Assembly: GCA_951406725.2 (NCBI GenBank)
Contig: OX597816.1
Span: 55,428,001-55,492,000 of the forward strand
Source: Octopus vulgaris
Lineage: Eukaryota
Reading direction: 5' to 3'
DNA: 64,000 bases
The notes under the pieces were generated by a model. It worked only from the letters and a program-made list of their open reading frames with translations. It made no database searches and was not told where the DNA came from. Numbering within the stretch: position 1 is the first letter of the stretch; each line of letters begins with the position of its first letter. Positions 25,171 through 39,879 of this stretch are shown here, in pieces. The position numbers were made by a program, and so were the translations under genes.

Positions 25171-27570
25171 TTGCTGAAATCTAATGATAAGTGCAGAAGA
25201 TTTAACTGTAGATATCAGATGGATAGTATTTGTCCAAAGATCTGGGATTAGGGTTAAAAAGAATTTTGCTTCAGTGTGGTATGAAATTTTGAGAAAAAGA
25301 CAATAGCAAAATAAAGAAACTGTAAGCACGATTTCAAAATAATGTGTAAACAATTTTGTATGACAATCTGCCGTAGGTTTTAATTTTATTTTAATTCTAT
25401 AAAACTCGATCGATGACTCATTTTTGTATTAGTAAAGCGTTTTGGATGAGTATGCACTGTTTCTGCTTGGAAAACAAGTAGAACATTGATACCGAAATTA
25501 TCGAGGTTGGAATTGAAGGATTTTACTAGGTTAGTTTAGACTAAATCAAAACATTCCCCACGCTGTGGTTGTTCGCTTATAGTAGAAATGAGGATTATTT
25601 GGATTATTTCTTTTAAAGAAATTTAAACCGTTAGCCAGAGCTAAACAAACAAATTTCGGAATTGAACTGAATTCTCAATGATAATTTAACCTTGTGTTAA
25701 ATTATCTTGCGTCACTCCTGAACAAAACAAATCGCATTATTCAACAGGGAAACCTGAAGACAAGTCTTCCTCCCACGCATCTTCATCCGACACCAACCAC
25801 GTCAACAAAAGGAATCTTAATTAGAATCAAACTCAAGCAACATATGTGATGTGTTTCAGATCCTAATGTGTCTAAGTTATATTACACAGAGAGTTGAATA
25901 TAGCTACTATTTCCTGCAAGTTGATTGACGATGTATAGACAGTCTCTTTAATAACGAAAGAAAGTATTCAATGAGTATTTTTATAATAAATTCTACTATT
26001 TCATCTCCCGAAAACAATTTCGCCAATTCTGTTTTCTTTTGAATACTTTGTTTTAATTTACTAAAACGCTAAACACTACATTTTCTAAAACTCATGATAG
26101 TATGAAAAAAAAAAAAGATTATCGGAGGAAAAACTCACAGAAAAGGTTCAAGACATAGCCGTATTGTTAAAAGTTTCAGTGCAGCGAATTCTATCTTTAG
26201 CAGAATACTGGACCTAAGACTTCCCTCACCAAAACCAGTTGATCATAACAAATATTTCTTCCTCCGTCCCTCAAATAAACGAAAGACCGTGCTCTGTATC
26301 TCTACAAAGATGAGAACACCTTGAGTTTGAAAACGGGTCTGTTAAACAAAAACAATAATATATAGAATATCTTTATTCCTAACCATTTGCTTCACTGCGT
26401 GTGAAATTCCATGTTATTTTCAAGAAAAGATTTTGGGAAATTTAATGAACCTCCAAAAGTAAAGAAAAATTAATAAGAAGAGCGGAAGTAAAATTGTACT
26501 TTAAAACAAAAATATACACAGATACTCGTCTAACAATGTAAAATAAATTATTTTTTGCCCAAGTGAAATTATGATCTGCAATACCTGCTGAATAAAAACA
26601 TGAAATTCCAGATACTGTGAGAGAGAAAAAAAATCAATAAATTTTGTTTTGTTTTAGTTGGTGATACAAAATATATACACAAGGTTACAATTACATATCA
26701 CTTTTACTAAAACCATATATTAGTGTTCAATCTGTATTATGTATCTTCGTTGTTATGGCATAAAAACCAGTGTGTGCTGTGAAATATCTTTGGTTTTATA
26801 ATGAAGTCTGTCTATTTTGATTATAGATTCCACTTTGAATGGAAAGGCAAATTCTAAAATATATTTCAACGCGGCGAAAAAGTGAAGTAGTTATAGCGTT
26901 GAACAGGCAGTGTTGTGATATTCTCGTCATGGCTGTGTGTGCTCTAAATTCATTGCTTCCTCAATCGACTAATTTTTTTTTCATCTTTCTGTGGCCCATA
27001 AATCAAAGGACCAATTCTGGGGCAGTGGAGATTGGTGGATGACTCCCTACCTTACAGACAACAAAGACAGATGCAAACAATGAAACGTATGTAGAATTAC
27101 GGTACTGCGACAATGGATCGATTCTACATGCTGTAACGACCGGTGGAGTAAATTTCAGGCCTCTAATTTATTCCCTCAGTTCTCATGATCAGGAGAATGC
27201 GAACTAATAAGTATAACAATGAAAGATGGAAGTAAGAAGTATGGAAAGTAAAACAAATTGGATCCTTGGAGAATTGTATTTAATTTAATCAGAAATTGGA
27301 TGACAAGCAGAGACAATAATTTACAGTATTTGGAACTCCTTCAAATTTTATATGTGATTCAGCAGCAGAGGACACTTCATATTGGTTTGGAAAGAAATGC
27401 CTCTCAGTGGTAATTTTCTCATTGATCAAAATTCTGTAGGAGCCAGGCTAAAAGTCCGTCATATTGGTTTGTATTTATATGCATGTAAGCGGTATTAATG
27501 TATCTATGTATAGGTATATGTATATCTATATATATATAGTGATAGATTGATAGATAAATATATATATATG

Positions 27571-27625
<55 letters not shown>

Positions 27626-28514
27626 CTACGTACATAGATACATGCCTGCATACATAAATACACGCGTGTGGGCTTGTGTGTGTTGTGTGTGTAGGCGTTT
27701 GTGCGTGTATGTGTGTGTGTGTTGTGTGTGTAGGCGTTTGTGTGTGTGTGCGTGTGTATCAGAAAAGAAGACAGTTCAACAAAAGGCCCAGCAGGCATTT
27801 CAATTTCTGAGTTAAAATTACATTCAGAATTCATAATTAAATATTTGCCTCACATTTTGGTTCACCTTGTCAAATTCAGCGGTTGGCGAACATGGTGCAA
27901 AGAGAACCGCAAAAGGAACGCTTATTTCTTGGTCACAGGCATAAAAGAATCGGCCCAACCTTTGCCCTGAATGTGTGATGCTGAATCTTTAACATGATTA
28001 TATTTGTCTCGTATATCAGACTAGAGGATAACACGAGTAGACGAGATATCAGAACCTATAGAAACGTACTTGTAAGTCTGAAGTAAAAGAATAGCAGAAT
28101 TGTTTTCCCATTCCATTCATTTACCTATAATAACATGTTTACCAGTTATATAATACGGTTAATTAAATTGATGCTCCCCTCCAAACTTAGAGCTTTGAAG
28201 AATAGAAAGCAATTTTATTTTTCGAGGTATTATATTTCACCTGTGTGATAATGAAAGCTGTAATAATTCGTATTAATTTGTATTGCAGTGGCTGATAACA
28301 CTTATATTTCCGATTTAATGGGTGAGGATAACCACAGCAGATCGTTAATGACAGACGTACGAACACACACACACACACACATAACATACACACGCGTGCA
28401 CACACGCGCACACGCACGCACACACACATAACAATGCACACAAATACAAAGCACACACACACACACAACATACACACACAACACACGCACGGGCGCCTAC
28501 ACGCACACGCGTAC

Positions 28515-28995
28515 ACTGTTTCTCTCCGTGTCTGCCGAGAATGGATCTCAAAGTAAGGGCAGTATTCTTAAAGGCGACGAGCTGGCAGAATCGCTAGCAC
28601 GCCGGTCGAAATGCGTAGCCGTATTTCGTCTGTCGCACATGTGTTCGTGGTAAAAATTGCTGTTTCTTTGTGTTAATATTGTTAATATCTGCTGTTTCTA
28701 ATAACTGTTGTTTCTTGTTAAATTGTTCGGGGTCGATTAAGTACCAGTTACGCATTGGTTAGTCCGTTTGTCTGTCCTTGTTTGTCTCAGCTGTGTTTAG
28801 CCACTTGTGGGTAATAAAGAAACAAGTATTCTTAGACGCGGAGGGCAGGTTGGTCGTCTTAGATGTCGATTGCAGTAATGGCTGTGCTCTCCGACTGATA
28901 ACGTTATTCGCACCGTCCTTAACAGGATTTCTTCCGACGTCTAGAGGTTTTCCTGGGAACTTCTCCACCTTTACTTTTAGTAGGGGATTGGAACA
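28515..28995 (+). mobile_element. L1/Tx1-like endonuclease fragment split by a SINE
   Basis: Removing the SINE gives MDLKVRAVFLDAEGRLVVLDVDCSNGCALRLITLFAP, followed by a GDWN-like motif. Confidence 0.7.
28571..28824 (+). mobile_element. Family C SINE with a replaced interior
   Basis: Family C head and tail; 10-bp TSD AGTATTCTTA at 28561-28570 and 28825-28834. Confidence 0.85.
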
Positions 28996-29329
28996 ATATT
29001 ATTTTTCATCTTTATTTACTTTATATTTGTCTGTTAGGTGTTTTGGTAGTTTATGAATTTTTAGTCGTGTATATTTAACTTTTTGATAGGCCGTTCATTT
29101 TGATTTTATTCGATTATTCGATTATATACTTTTACCTTCTGTGATTTTATGTATATGTATTATTTTTTTATGTGGTTGAAAACCATGGTAAGTTTTATAT
29201 ATGATTAAATTTTTGAGTGGTGGTGCTGTATGTAAAGTTGTTGACCCAAATTTAAAGTTTGTTCTATAACCAATGCTTCTTCATACACATATGGATATAT
29301 CTGTGTATATATATGTACATACATGTATG

Positions 29330-29384
<55 letters not shown>

Positions 29385-29393
29385 TTGTATTGT

Positions 29394-29712
29394 ATGGCTC
29401 AGCTTCGTGAACCAAGATCACGTCGCGTGCATGCATGCTCATGACTGACAAGTCCAATATGGGAAAGGCAGGTCTGTGAGCAGTGTCCACAGACGAAGGT
29501 AACATCTGGTGTGGTGTCAGAGGCGGCTCGCGCCTTCCTCCTGCGTCTCTGGTCTTTGAGTGTGTCTCTTCTTTGTTCCTCAAACTTGCTGACTGCGTTG
29601 AAGATCGTGTGAGGCCAGACATCACCGTCCGCAGCCAGGTTTGACCAGCATTGGTGGTTAATTTGACATGCTGTTAGAGACTTCTTGAGGCAGTCTTTGT
29701 AGCGCTTCCTCG
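29394..29712 (-). mobile_element. RTE-clade LINE 3' end with C-terminal C2H2-like finger
   Basis: KRYKDCLKKSL..C.I...W..LAAD...W...I...V..FE..R...RRRRK...FVCGHCSQTCLSHIGLVSHEHAC. Confidence 0.85.
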
Positions 29713-30052
29713 CATGTATATAATTTTGAAATGTACGCACAGATTTGAGCTATTGAATTAGCACTGGAATCTATTTGATTATGCACACACACACATCCAC
29801 ACGCACACACACACACATACACACAAACATATATGTGTATTTATGTATATCGTATTGCGCTAAGAAGTGCTGTATTTTGAAATGTTTTAACTGAGGAAGA
29901 TTTTACGTAATGGCTGCATTTCGTCTGACATAGTACGCAGGCCTAACAGCAGCATATTAAATGATTTCAAGACATCAATCTTTGGTGTGTCTGAATTATA
30001 TTATCTTGTGTGCGTGTGATATTGACCCATATCATTTATATTAAACCGTGTA

Positions 30053-30270
30053 AAAGGCGGCGAGCTGGCAGAAACGTTAGCACGCCGGGCGAAATGCGTA
30101 GCTGTATTTCGTCTGCCGTTACGTTCTGAATTCAAATTCCGCCGAGATCGACTTTCGGGGTCGATAAATTAAGTACCAGTTACACACGGGTTGATGTAAT
30201 CGACTTAATTTGTTTGTCTGTCCCTGTTTGTCCTCTCTATGTTTAGCCCCTTGTGGGTAATAAAGAAACA
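30053..30270 (+). mobile_element. Family C SINE
   Basis: Full head; TSD TATATTAAAC(C/T)GTGT on both sides. Confidence 0.9.
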
Positions 30271-31439
30271 TATATTAAACTGTGTTACTTGTTTCTATGA
30301 TGATAACTGTCCCACCTTATTACCTAGGTTTTGCAGACATCGCCTTTGTTATGGTAATGTATTGTACCACAAAAAATATATAAATGTATTAGAAATTAAA
30401 ATTTCAAATGTGTTATTCATGGATTTTCCTACATATCTAACAAAACTACGTTGACATATCCGAATTTCTAAAATATAATTAAATTCGGAGGAAAACGTTA
30501 GCTAATCACGAACGTTAATCTAACTGCAAGAAATATGACAATAGAAAGACAAAAACGCTAAATGCGATAGACACAATCGATAAATAAGATCGATGACAAA
30601 TAAATAGGAGAATTATGAACACATTTGATGTAGGAGAGATGAAAGTGTTTTAAAGTGATCTAAGACAAATGAAAGTGCAACATTACTAGTTTATCGCATG
30701 CTTTACACAAACTTAGTTTTAATAATATAATATGATTGCAATCTGTTAATTGGCTTTTACTAAGAGACATAATTAGCACAATTCCTATTTCGCTTTTTAT
30801 ATAAATAATATTTTCTACCATTTAACATGTATCAAATATTGACTTGTTGATACATTGAATTTTCAACTAAGCCTAGCATGGAATTATATGCAGGCAAGAA
30901 TCCTCTAAAAAGTCAAACATCCCCTTCAGTCATGTGATGTGTTATGAATTTGGAATTATGTCTCTTATGAGTTAATCTTCAGAAAACCTAATTATATTTA
31001 AAGTAAGAAATACGTTTAAATATTCAAATATGCTTGCAGTCGTTTTCTGTTCTAAAAAACATAAATATTTATCAATCAGCTAACATATTTGCATTTTAAA
31101 TTTTGCAAATTAGTAAAAACTGTCTCCAGCATTTTCTTTGAGAGAGCATTAAAAGAGTTTTTCTTCTTTTATTCTTATTCCTTGACAAATATCTTAAACA
31201 CACGTGATTTAGAATAGAGGTTTTTGCGTTTTGATGGAGCGTTATTCAGTTTTGAACAAAAGCATTCGTTTTAAATTGCTGAAAAGCCAACAAAATATAT
31301 CTGATTTACTATCGTATGCTGACATTATTTACTTATAATATCATGATTTAACATATACGTCAATTTGGATCAATTATTGCTTCATACACACGCATGCACT
31401 CACGCACATGTACGAACACACACACACACATGCACACAC

Positions 31440-31685
31440 ATTGTTTTCTATTTGTGTCAGTCATTTGGCAGGACCATGAAGAACTTTAATGGAACAAATC
31501 ACCCACAGTAGGGATCGCTTTTAAAGCCTGTTGCCTATTCTATCGGTATCTTTAGCCAACACGCTAGGTTGCTGGGACGTAGATACGCGAACACCGGTTC
31601 CCGAACAGTGGTAGAAGACAAACACACACACAAAGTGAATATATATTTATGTGTATATACATATCCATATATGGGTAGAGGACTT
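31440..31685 (-). mobile_element. Degenerate family B SINE 3' part
   Basis: TCAGTCATTTG..., TATTCTATCGGT.TCTTT.GCC.A..CGCTA.GTT, matching 63500-63700. Confidence 0.6.
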
Positions 31686-31835
31686 CAAAAATTGTAAACA
31701 ACATTAAATACGAAATACGAAAACATGGAATACAAATTAACGAAATAAACAAATGGAAAACAAAACAAGTAGCATAAAGAACAACCCTTCATCAGTTGTC
31801 AACAGTTTTATCTACTCCACATTTTGAGAAATATG

Positions 31836-31881
<46 letters not shown>

Positions 31882-32297
31882 CATGTACATGAACACACAC
31901 ATACACACACACACACATACACACATATATATATATACATATATATATATAAAAAACAGTAGTTGAAAGTGCACTTAGAATAGTTAAAATATTTTTTTAA
32001 TATACTTAAAGATGTATCTGGTTTCATTTAATTCATAAAACTATCTGAATTATTTCGCTAATTTTTCGTCAGTCTAATTTTCCCGATTTCAATCTGGGTA
32101 TATAGTGAAGCGAAGCCTTTGGCGTCTATTTTCAGCTTATATGCATGGTTGCTTCTGTGCCCTTAACTGTATTTGTATTCTATACAATTATATATCTCTC
32201 TATATAAATCTCGCTTAAAATGATTTTACTTATATGCCGACAACTGATAAGATTCATTACTTTTAATGATTTTATCCTTTAATTATATATATTAGCC

Positions 32298-32463
32298 ACT
32301 ACACATAGTTTGTTCTCTCCTTGTTTTTTCTGTGTCCCTTTCTGTAGAAGAGCGTAGGCTCGAAACGTAAAAGACGTTTTCTATTCCTGAGCGTTATACT
32401 AATACATCTGTTTGTTTTGTACACCACCTGTCTTCGTCTTTTGTTTTTTTCGTAAACTCTCCC
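32298..32463 (+). mobile_element. Short non-autonomous cassette with minimal HHR-like motif, copy 1
   Basis: CTTT-CTGTAGA-A-GAGC-GTAG-GCTC-GAAAC-GTA-AAAG. Near-identical copy at 62128-62295. Ends directly at (TA)n. Confidence 0.7.
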
Positions 32464-32467
32464 TATA

Positions 32468-32531
<64 letters not shown>

Positions 32532-32876
32532 AATAATGCAAAATGCAAAATACATTTTGCAAGTATTAATAATGAAACCATGATGCGTAAGTAATCGTTT
32601 TATTTTGCAAATTTTCATTTGCCATGCTTATTTTTACATTTTGGCGTTTGCTGGTTTCTTTTCTTGAGAACACACACTTCGTGTTAAAGCGATTTGATGT
32701 CTATCTCTAGCGTTTAGGATTCCACATTAGTAGTCATTCCTCTTATTAATTGTAATATATATATATATCATTATCTTTTGATATATATTTAAAATAATAT
32801 AAATTAATTAATTTTATGTATTGGCTTAAGTTTTTCATTGTTTGATTTGCCTAATAGTGATTTTATCTATAATTTA

Positions 32877-32985
<109 letters not shown>

Positions 32986-33049
32986 GTCATTGTGAAAATT
33001 ACTTAATACAGTTTTTAAGTATAAGGGTTCTTTTTTTAGAAAAAAACAG

Positions 33050-33400
33050 TGGATGTATTCCACTGAATTTAGGTAAATAATCCTTCGAACAGTCGATCAG
33101 CAGCGACGCCTGCTGGGTTCGGTTACTCCACATTGATAAGAGGCAACCACCTTGAAACTAACTGTGGTTGCCATATCAGCAAGGGGAAGCTACTGACCTC
33201 CCCTGTTCAAAGGTTATAATGGTCACAGGTTTTTGTGTCACATAGCTAGCTAGAGGCGATGGCCTCTTGGAGCTAATCAACGGCAGAATTCGTCCTATTT
33301 TTCTGGATTGCCATGTGAGCTTGGCGATAACTATTAATATCAATAAGTAATTAATCATTTGGGAAGTCGATTTTTCCTAGTGTGTGTGAGCGCTTTCGAT
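33050..33400 (-). repeat. Interspersed hairpin-containing repeat related to 60581-60825
   Basis: Internal stem TGATA.GAGGCAACCAC/GTGGTTGCC.ATATCA. The inverse complement shares CCTTT..ACAGGGGAG, CTA.G.GACACA and GTC.CTGCT.ATC with 60581-60825. Lies between TA-rich tracts. Confidence 0.55.
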
Positions 33401-33655
33401 TAATCTTTTTGAAACTAACGTGCTGTTGGTTATATATATATATATATATATGTACACACACACACAGTAAAAAGTATCTGAACATGTAGGAGTCTTTTAA
33501 AGTATTTAGTAAGTTGACCGGTTTCACTTATGTAAAAATATTTTCAAAAATAAAGTATGAAGCTTTTTGTATCCACTGTGGTGTAAAAATTTAGTTTACA
33601 TAAACATATTCAGATAAGGTAATAAAATGTTAGGTAACCCTTAACTTTATTTTGT

Positions 33656-33765
<110 letters not shown>

Positions 33766-34519
33766 TATTAGTTTAACTACTTTAAATTTATCTAAATATT
33801 TTCTGCACCGATTTGCGGTTAAATATTTATCATACACCAGAGTATGTGCGCGCCTATGTATAAGTGTGTATGTATATAGCTGTATATTTCCGAAGAGAAT
33901 GTGATGTCATAGCAACCACATATTTAACTGAAGTGACATTGCCTGCCCATTAAGCCAGATAATGTAGAACATTGAGAAAAGACAAAAGAATGCTTTATTC
34001 GTTATTATTTTGACTTAGTTAATCAATTGTGATACTAAATTCAAACAGGAAACCTTTTAATTTTAGAAATTGCTTAAATATAAGAAAAATACCACTCATT
34101 TAAAATCTAGGATAGGCTTTTAAAGACTTTCATTATTGCCGTAAAGATAAAGCTGTGTTCGATTATAATCAAATTTTGTATTCAAGTACAAAGAACTTTA
34201 CTTTACTATATAAATAAAAATGTAATTATTCATTGGTGTAGAAGTGAAGAAAATATTGTTTATACTTGAATGTTTGAATATTATATTTCTTCAGTGAATT
34301 CTGCTGATATGTTTTACTCGGGTCATTTTTCGTTTAATCATTTATTTTTGTTAACAGATACTCTTTTTGGTTAACGACAAGGGTTTCAGTTCATTCGATC
34401 GTTACGTTAACGTGCAAGTAACTGAGCAGAAACGCCGGACCGTAACGTAGTTCTCAGAGGGATTCAGCATATCACAGAATGTCACATGAAAGGCGCTTTT
34501 GAATGAGAGGCATATTTTT

Positions 34520-35620
34520 ATTCTTCCGCGGACCGCTTGTATTTGTAATGTGCGAGTCAGTTGGTTCATTGCTTTTTCTAAAACCCTAGCTTCTCCAGAT
34601 TCTCATTTACTCACAAAACTAACTGAACTAGTTTTTTGTTGATATAAATGCGAATCTATTTTTTATCTGTATTTAGATACTTGAGGTTTCTAAGCAGTTG
34701 TCCATAGTTATCCCATTCTCTTTGATTTTCGATGGGATGTTCACATCAGCTGACCTCAATGACGGTAAGTTTCTTTTCTGTACCAAATAATATCCGATCT
34801 GTTAGATTTACACTTCACAGATGTCTTGATGGAAAAGTTCTACTAATATTCCTTGTATTGATAGTTGTATGTGTCTTTAATATTAGGCGGGGGTCTCTAT
34901 GTTTATTCTGCTTTCCAAATGGTAATTTATATTGATTTTGTCGCATAAGAAGATATAAGCTCGATAACAATTTTGGGCAGCTGCTAATCACGTGTAATAT
35001 CTTCAACAAAAATATGACATAAATTATGTTTTCAGTTGCAACTTAGAGCTCCAAGTTATTAACTGTTTATTTGCTAATTATTCACAAACAGCTGTTATTG
35101 TACTGAATGTGCATAGACATCGAAGTGTGATGTGATCCAGCCGTCACAAGTCTAAGGGAGGCTTCGCTGCATGTGATTATTTCTGTTTAGTTCAAGTCTT
35201 CATAAAACACACATACATATTCTTTTTTTGGTTTGCAGAGCGTTTCACATCCAGGTATTTTTTAAGAAAGTTATTCCGGTTGTTTAGGCCTTGTGTGGGA
35301 AGCCATCAAGAAGAGAGTACTTCGCGAAGAGCTCGCTGCCGATACGTAGGGTATTATTCTCTTCCCCTTCTGGCACTAAGTCAATGTGTTTAATGTTTCC
35401 GCTCTTTTGTCTAACAAATGTCATGTGAGAGAGACCATGTCACATTCCCCGGCTATCCGCTCTCATCTCAAATCTCTACTTCCTTTATCTCTTCTTGGAT
35501 ATAGGTCGTCGATATTACTATTTCGGTGGATATTTCCAGTTGATGACAATATCTTGTGCGTTTAATGTCTATTAATGTCTATTAATAGTTCTATCTCAGG
35601 ACTTGGAATAATTGTTGTCT
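34520..35620 (-). mobile_element. Decayed RLE-type (R4/Dong-like) LINE C-terminal region
   Basis: Minus strand EDITHVISSCPK (CCHC finger), remnants of the NRxDII motif, IEVS, DNYGQLLRNL and LEKLGF. Confidence 0.7.
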
Positions 35621-38204
35621 TAAATTAGATTAAAATCAACAAGGTGGATGGCCGCGGTTGGAATACCTATGATTGTAATTTTGCTTCCTGTTTTGCCTTA
35701 GTTCACACCAATAACCGTAGCATTTCCGTTATTATCTGACCTATGTCAGTAATTTTGAGACTAGCGCTCTTTTACCTTCTCCATTCGAGATGAAGAAGAA
35801 AGCTGTATGCAGTTTCAGCTGCGAATTAATATTCTGACGTAACATATCAAGAGATTTGAATTCACGAATTAAAACTTAAAAGCAATGTTCCCTGGAAATA
35901 ATAGAATGATCAGAGCTGGAGCAGGAATGTTAAAATGGCGACAAGAAAAACAAATAAATACAAATCAGTATTAACTACCGTATAATCTAAAAGCAATGAA
36001 GCCTCATAAAATCAAGATTAGCTATATCGAATTACTCAACATTCTGTTACACACAAACTTTCAGTGACATCATCAAAATAAGTTAACGTATCACAGCTGT
36101 AAACGAACACAGTTCATTGTCGTTCTGGTTTTATGAAAATCTGTTACTACAATAAAGCTTTTTCCGCATATCATTACTGAGAGAAACAAACCCTCTTCAG
36201 ACATCAAATATTCAACGACCAAAGGCTCCAACTTACATGGCGTGCTTTTAAATATACATTATGGACATCACTCCTAAATATTCACATATCAAATACATCA
36301 ATGTTCCCCCCTTTTTGTTTGGTAAATAAATAACATGTAGGACATATTACCATACAATATTGCCTGAAATGCCTTGAAATCAAATAAAGAATAATCATCC
36401 TCACACATAAAGTTCATTTTCAATAAACTGAAATGAAAACCTGAACGAAATTTTGTTAGCAAAGACAAAAAATAAAAAAAATAAAAAAATAAAAATGCAG
36501 AAATTGAATTAAAATATTGAAAGTAAAGAAATTAATCTACTAAAACATGCCTCTTAAATCCTAATATTTCATAAAAGCGGAACAAATGATCTGCCTTATA
36601 ACAGCCAATAAAAGGATAAAAGTTCCGCATAGAAAACTCCAGAATAAAGGATCCGCATCCAATTCTCGAGCACGAATAAAAAACAACTTTATCATATCAT
36701 CGTCTATCAAATGGTTGTGTGCATTTAGAATGTACACAATTTAGGTGAAGAATATTCTATTTAAAATTTTTCTCAGAAAATATTTAGGTGTTGTCGTTTG
36801 AAAACTTTATTAATATTCAGGAACGGTTAAAGCATTCTTAAATTTCAGCAAAATTGCATTTGTTTCCAGTTTAGAAACGTAAAAATTATATTTTTATTCA
36901 TTTCACCATATTAACATATTTCCATACCAATTCTTTCTATTAAATTAATGTTGAATATTCTTCCAATTGAATTGTACAAGTAATGTTCCATTTTTAAAGA
37001 TATAATTTATTGTATTTTCATTCGTTTAAGTGGAAATACTAAATATTCATTGTGGAACAATGCTAGGAAGATCTTTAACACTATTGAACATGAAAAACGA
37101 AAAGCATTTTAAGCAAATTAACAAACGTATAAAAATATTCATTATATTTATTTGTTGAAGATGTGAGTTCTATCCTTAAGAAGAAAACCTACAGAGAACT
37201 CTCTCAAGAATGTCATATTTCAGCAATTAGCTGTGGAAATTTAAATTCTTCTGATGTCAGTAATTAATTATTATGAAATTGTTTAAAGTATGTTAAATGT
37301 AGAAATATCTATTTATGAAGAGGACTTTGTAACTACGAAATGCTATCCTCCGCATCACCATACTACAGTTTCTCTACTAGGATCATATTTTCCAGCTATA
37401 TTTTATTATTTTAGTCTTTTATTGTAGCCAGACAGGAACACCGATTTCTAGGATTGCCTGAGTTCAAATACATGATGTCGGAAGGACGAAAGATAAACTG
37501 AACATCACTGCGATTTGAACCCAGAAACTGAAGGGATATCACCAATGTGATATCACCTCAACTGCCCATATTTAATGATAGACTGATGTATTTGTAACTC
37601 AAACCTGATTAATGAATAGCAAGATATGGAAAATGTTTGTCTAAGTTTTTCCCCAACTCATAGTTTGCGCATTCAGTCAGGTTTTGTTCTGGGAAAGACG
37701 GTTTTCAAACCAAAAGACATCAGAATCGAAATATAGAAATAAGCTAGAAAGCATTTCGGAGACATGGACTGTCTTCTAGAATAGTCAGTATATTCTAGGT
37801 ATGCATTCCAATTACGTGTCCTTGCAGTGGTCGTTCAGTCCTTACCTCGGCTACACATCAATTACAGATGTATTATTAAATTTGCATTCTCATATATAGA
37901 AATAAATATAAATCCGGATTAACAGACCACTGAATCAGCGAAATATAAATTAAATTTCATAATTACAATATATAATGCCAGAGCAACGTTGAATTGGTGG
38001 TCCAGATTATCTGAGATAAAGAAAATTCATTTAATGACTTACAATGCACTTTTCAAAAGACCAATTAACGGGTCACTCATATATACTTTGGGGCGTTTGT
38101 GGAAAGACATTGCCTCAGCTCTGCAATGCAACAACCTTACAGGCTTGGATTGATAAAACACAGCTTTTCTTTAATTGAATGTCTTTCACGACGACGTTCT
38201 CATT

Positions 38205-38289
38205 CTGTCTGTCTGACCGTCTGTCTATCTAGCCATTTATGTATCTATATCTATCTACTTATCTATCTATCTGCCTATCTATCTATTTA

Positions 38290-38367
<78 letters not shown>

Positions 38368-38434
38368 GGTCTATACATCTATCTATCTATCTACCTACCT
38401 ACCTACCTACCTACCTACCTACCTACCTACCTAC

Positions 38435-38504
<70 letters not shown>

Positions 38505-38641
38505 GTCAGTCTTTCTTATGTGTCTGACTGTCAATGTATCTACCTGTCTGTCTCTCTATCTGTTTATCTATCTATCTACTTGTGTATGTGGTGTGTGTAT
38601 GTTTGTGTGCGTGCATGTGTGTGTTTTGATTAAAAGCCAGG

Positions 38642-38687
<46 letters not shown>

Positions 38688-38758
38688 AAAAGAAACAAAG
38701 AAAGAGATGGAGTAAATGCTGTAGAATATATTTATATGAAGTTTGCAATTCTCTGTCG

Positions 38759-38795
<37 letters not shown>

Positions 38796-38820
38796 CCTAT
38801 CTCTCTCACTCTCTCTCTCC
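38205..38820. repeat. Compound microsatellite (TCTG/CT/TATC/CCTA/TG/GA/CT)
   Basis: Directly visible. Confidence 0.95.
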
Positions 38821-39149
38821 TCATCAATGCATATTTTGGGAGGTACTACCTATGCTTATTGTGATTTCAAGTGACGCTAGACGTTTCTTCTGCTCCCTAC
38901 AAAAAGATATTGAGAGGAAAACTGAGGTAAAGTGTAAAAGTAATGTTTGTCTAACAGATCTTTTCATTCACTAAACACCGTATTTTTGATGTTCTCATGA
39001 CAAATTCTCATTCATTTTGTAATTAATTCATTTTGTAATTAATGAAGGAAATGACTATTCATTCACAGTTTAAACCTTTCAATTATTTCTTGTACGTCAC
39101 AAATAAGTATTTCATCTCCCTATAACGGCGAGGCTAAGCTGTGTCCCTA

Positions 39150-39400
39150 AAATTCACTGTAAGAAATTTCGCCTGTAGGAAAATTTACCGAAGACAAATC
39201 CGCCGAATGGACAATAATAAAGTATATTATATCAATGAAATTTGATTTAAATATAAAGAAATGCAAAAGGTTCTCTAAATGTACTAAATAGTCAGGATTT
39301 ATTCAGCATCAAACATTTAATAAGAACATGATGAGAACATTTCAAATGAAAATTCTTACGATGAATTTTCCTACAGCAAAATGTTTATGGTGAAATGTCC
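39150..39400. mobile_element. Possible MITE with short subterminal repeats
   Basis: CTGTAGGAAAATTTACC near 39173 is inverted relative to GATGAATTTTCCTACAG near 39360; repeated AATT(C/T)(A/G)CC units. Confidence 0.4.
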
Positions 39401-39683
39401 TCTGATCGAGGCGACCCCGAATCCTCATACATTTTTCTTGATAGAATGCGATTTATCTGATTTGTAGTTCCTTTCTTTTACAGCTTGCTGACTAAATGCA
39501 TGTCTACTTTCTTCTGACTCCACTCACTTAGGCTCTGTTACAGTCTGTTATCGGTGTATTTACAATGCGTCTCATTTACAATTTCATATAAATCCGAGGT
39601 TCTTGACTTACCTGAACATCACATCATCACTAGATATCTCTCTGTCTCTATCTGCCACCTCTCTCTCTCTCTCTCTCTCTCGC

Positions 39684-39730
<47 letters not shown>

Positions 39731-39762
39731 TTGTGTATATATATATGTATATATGTAAATGG

Positions 39763-39830
<68 letters not shown>

Positions 39831-39879
39831 GTGTATATTTATATATATATATGTGTGTGTGTATATATATATATATATA

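Noticed and set aside
31690-31830. Minus-strand ...CAACTGATGAAGGG as an HHR
   Set aside because: No downstream stem II plus GAAA could be built; probably a repeat fragment.
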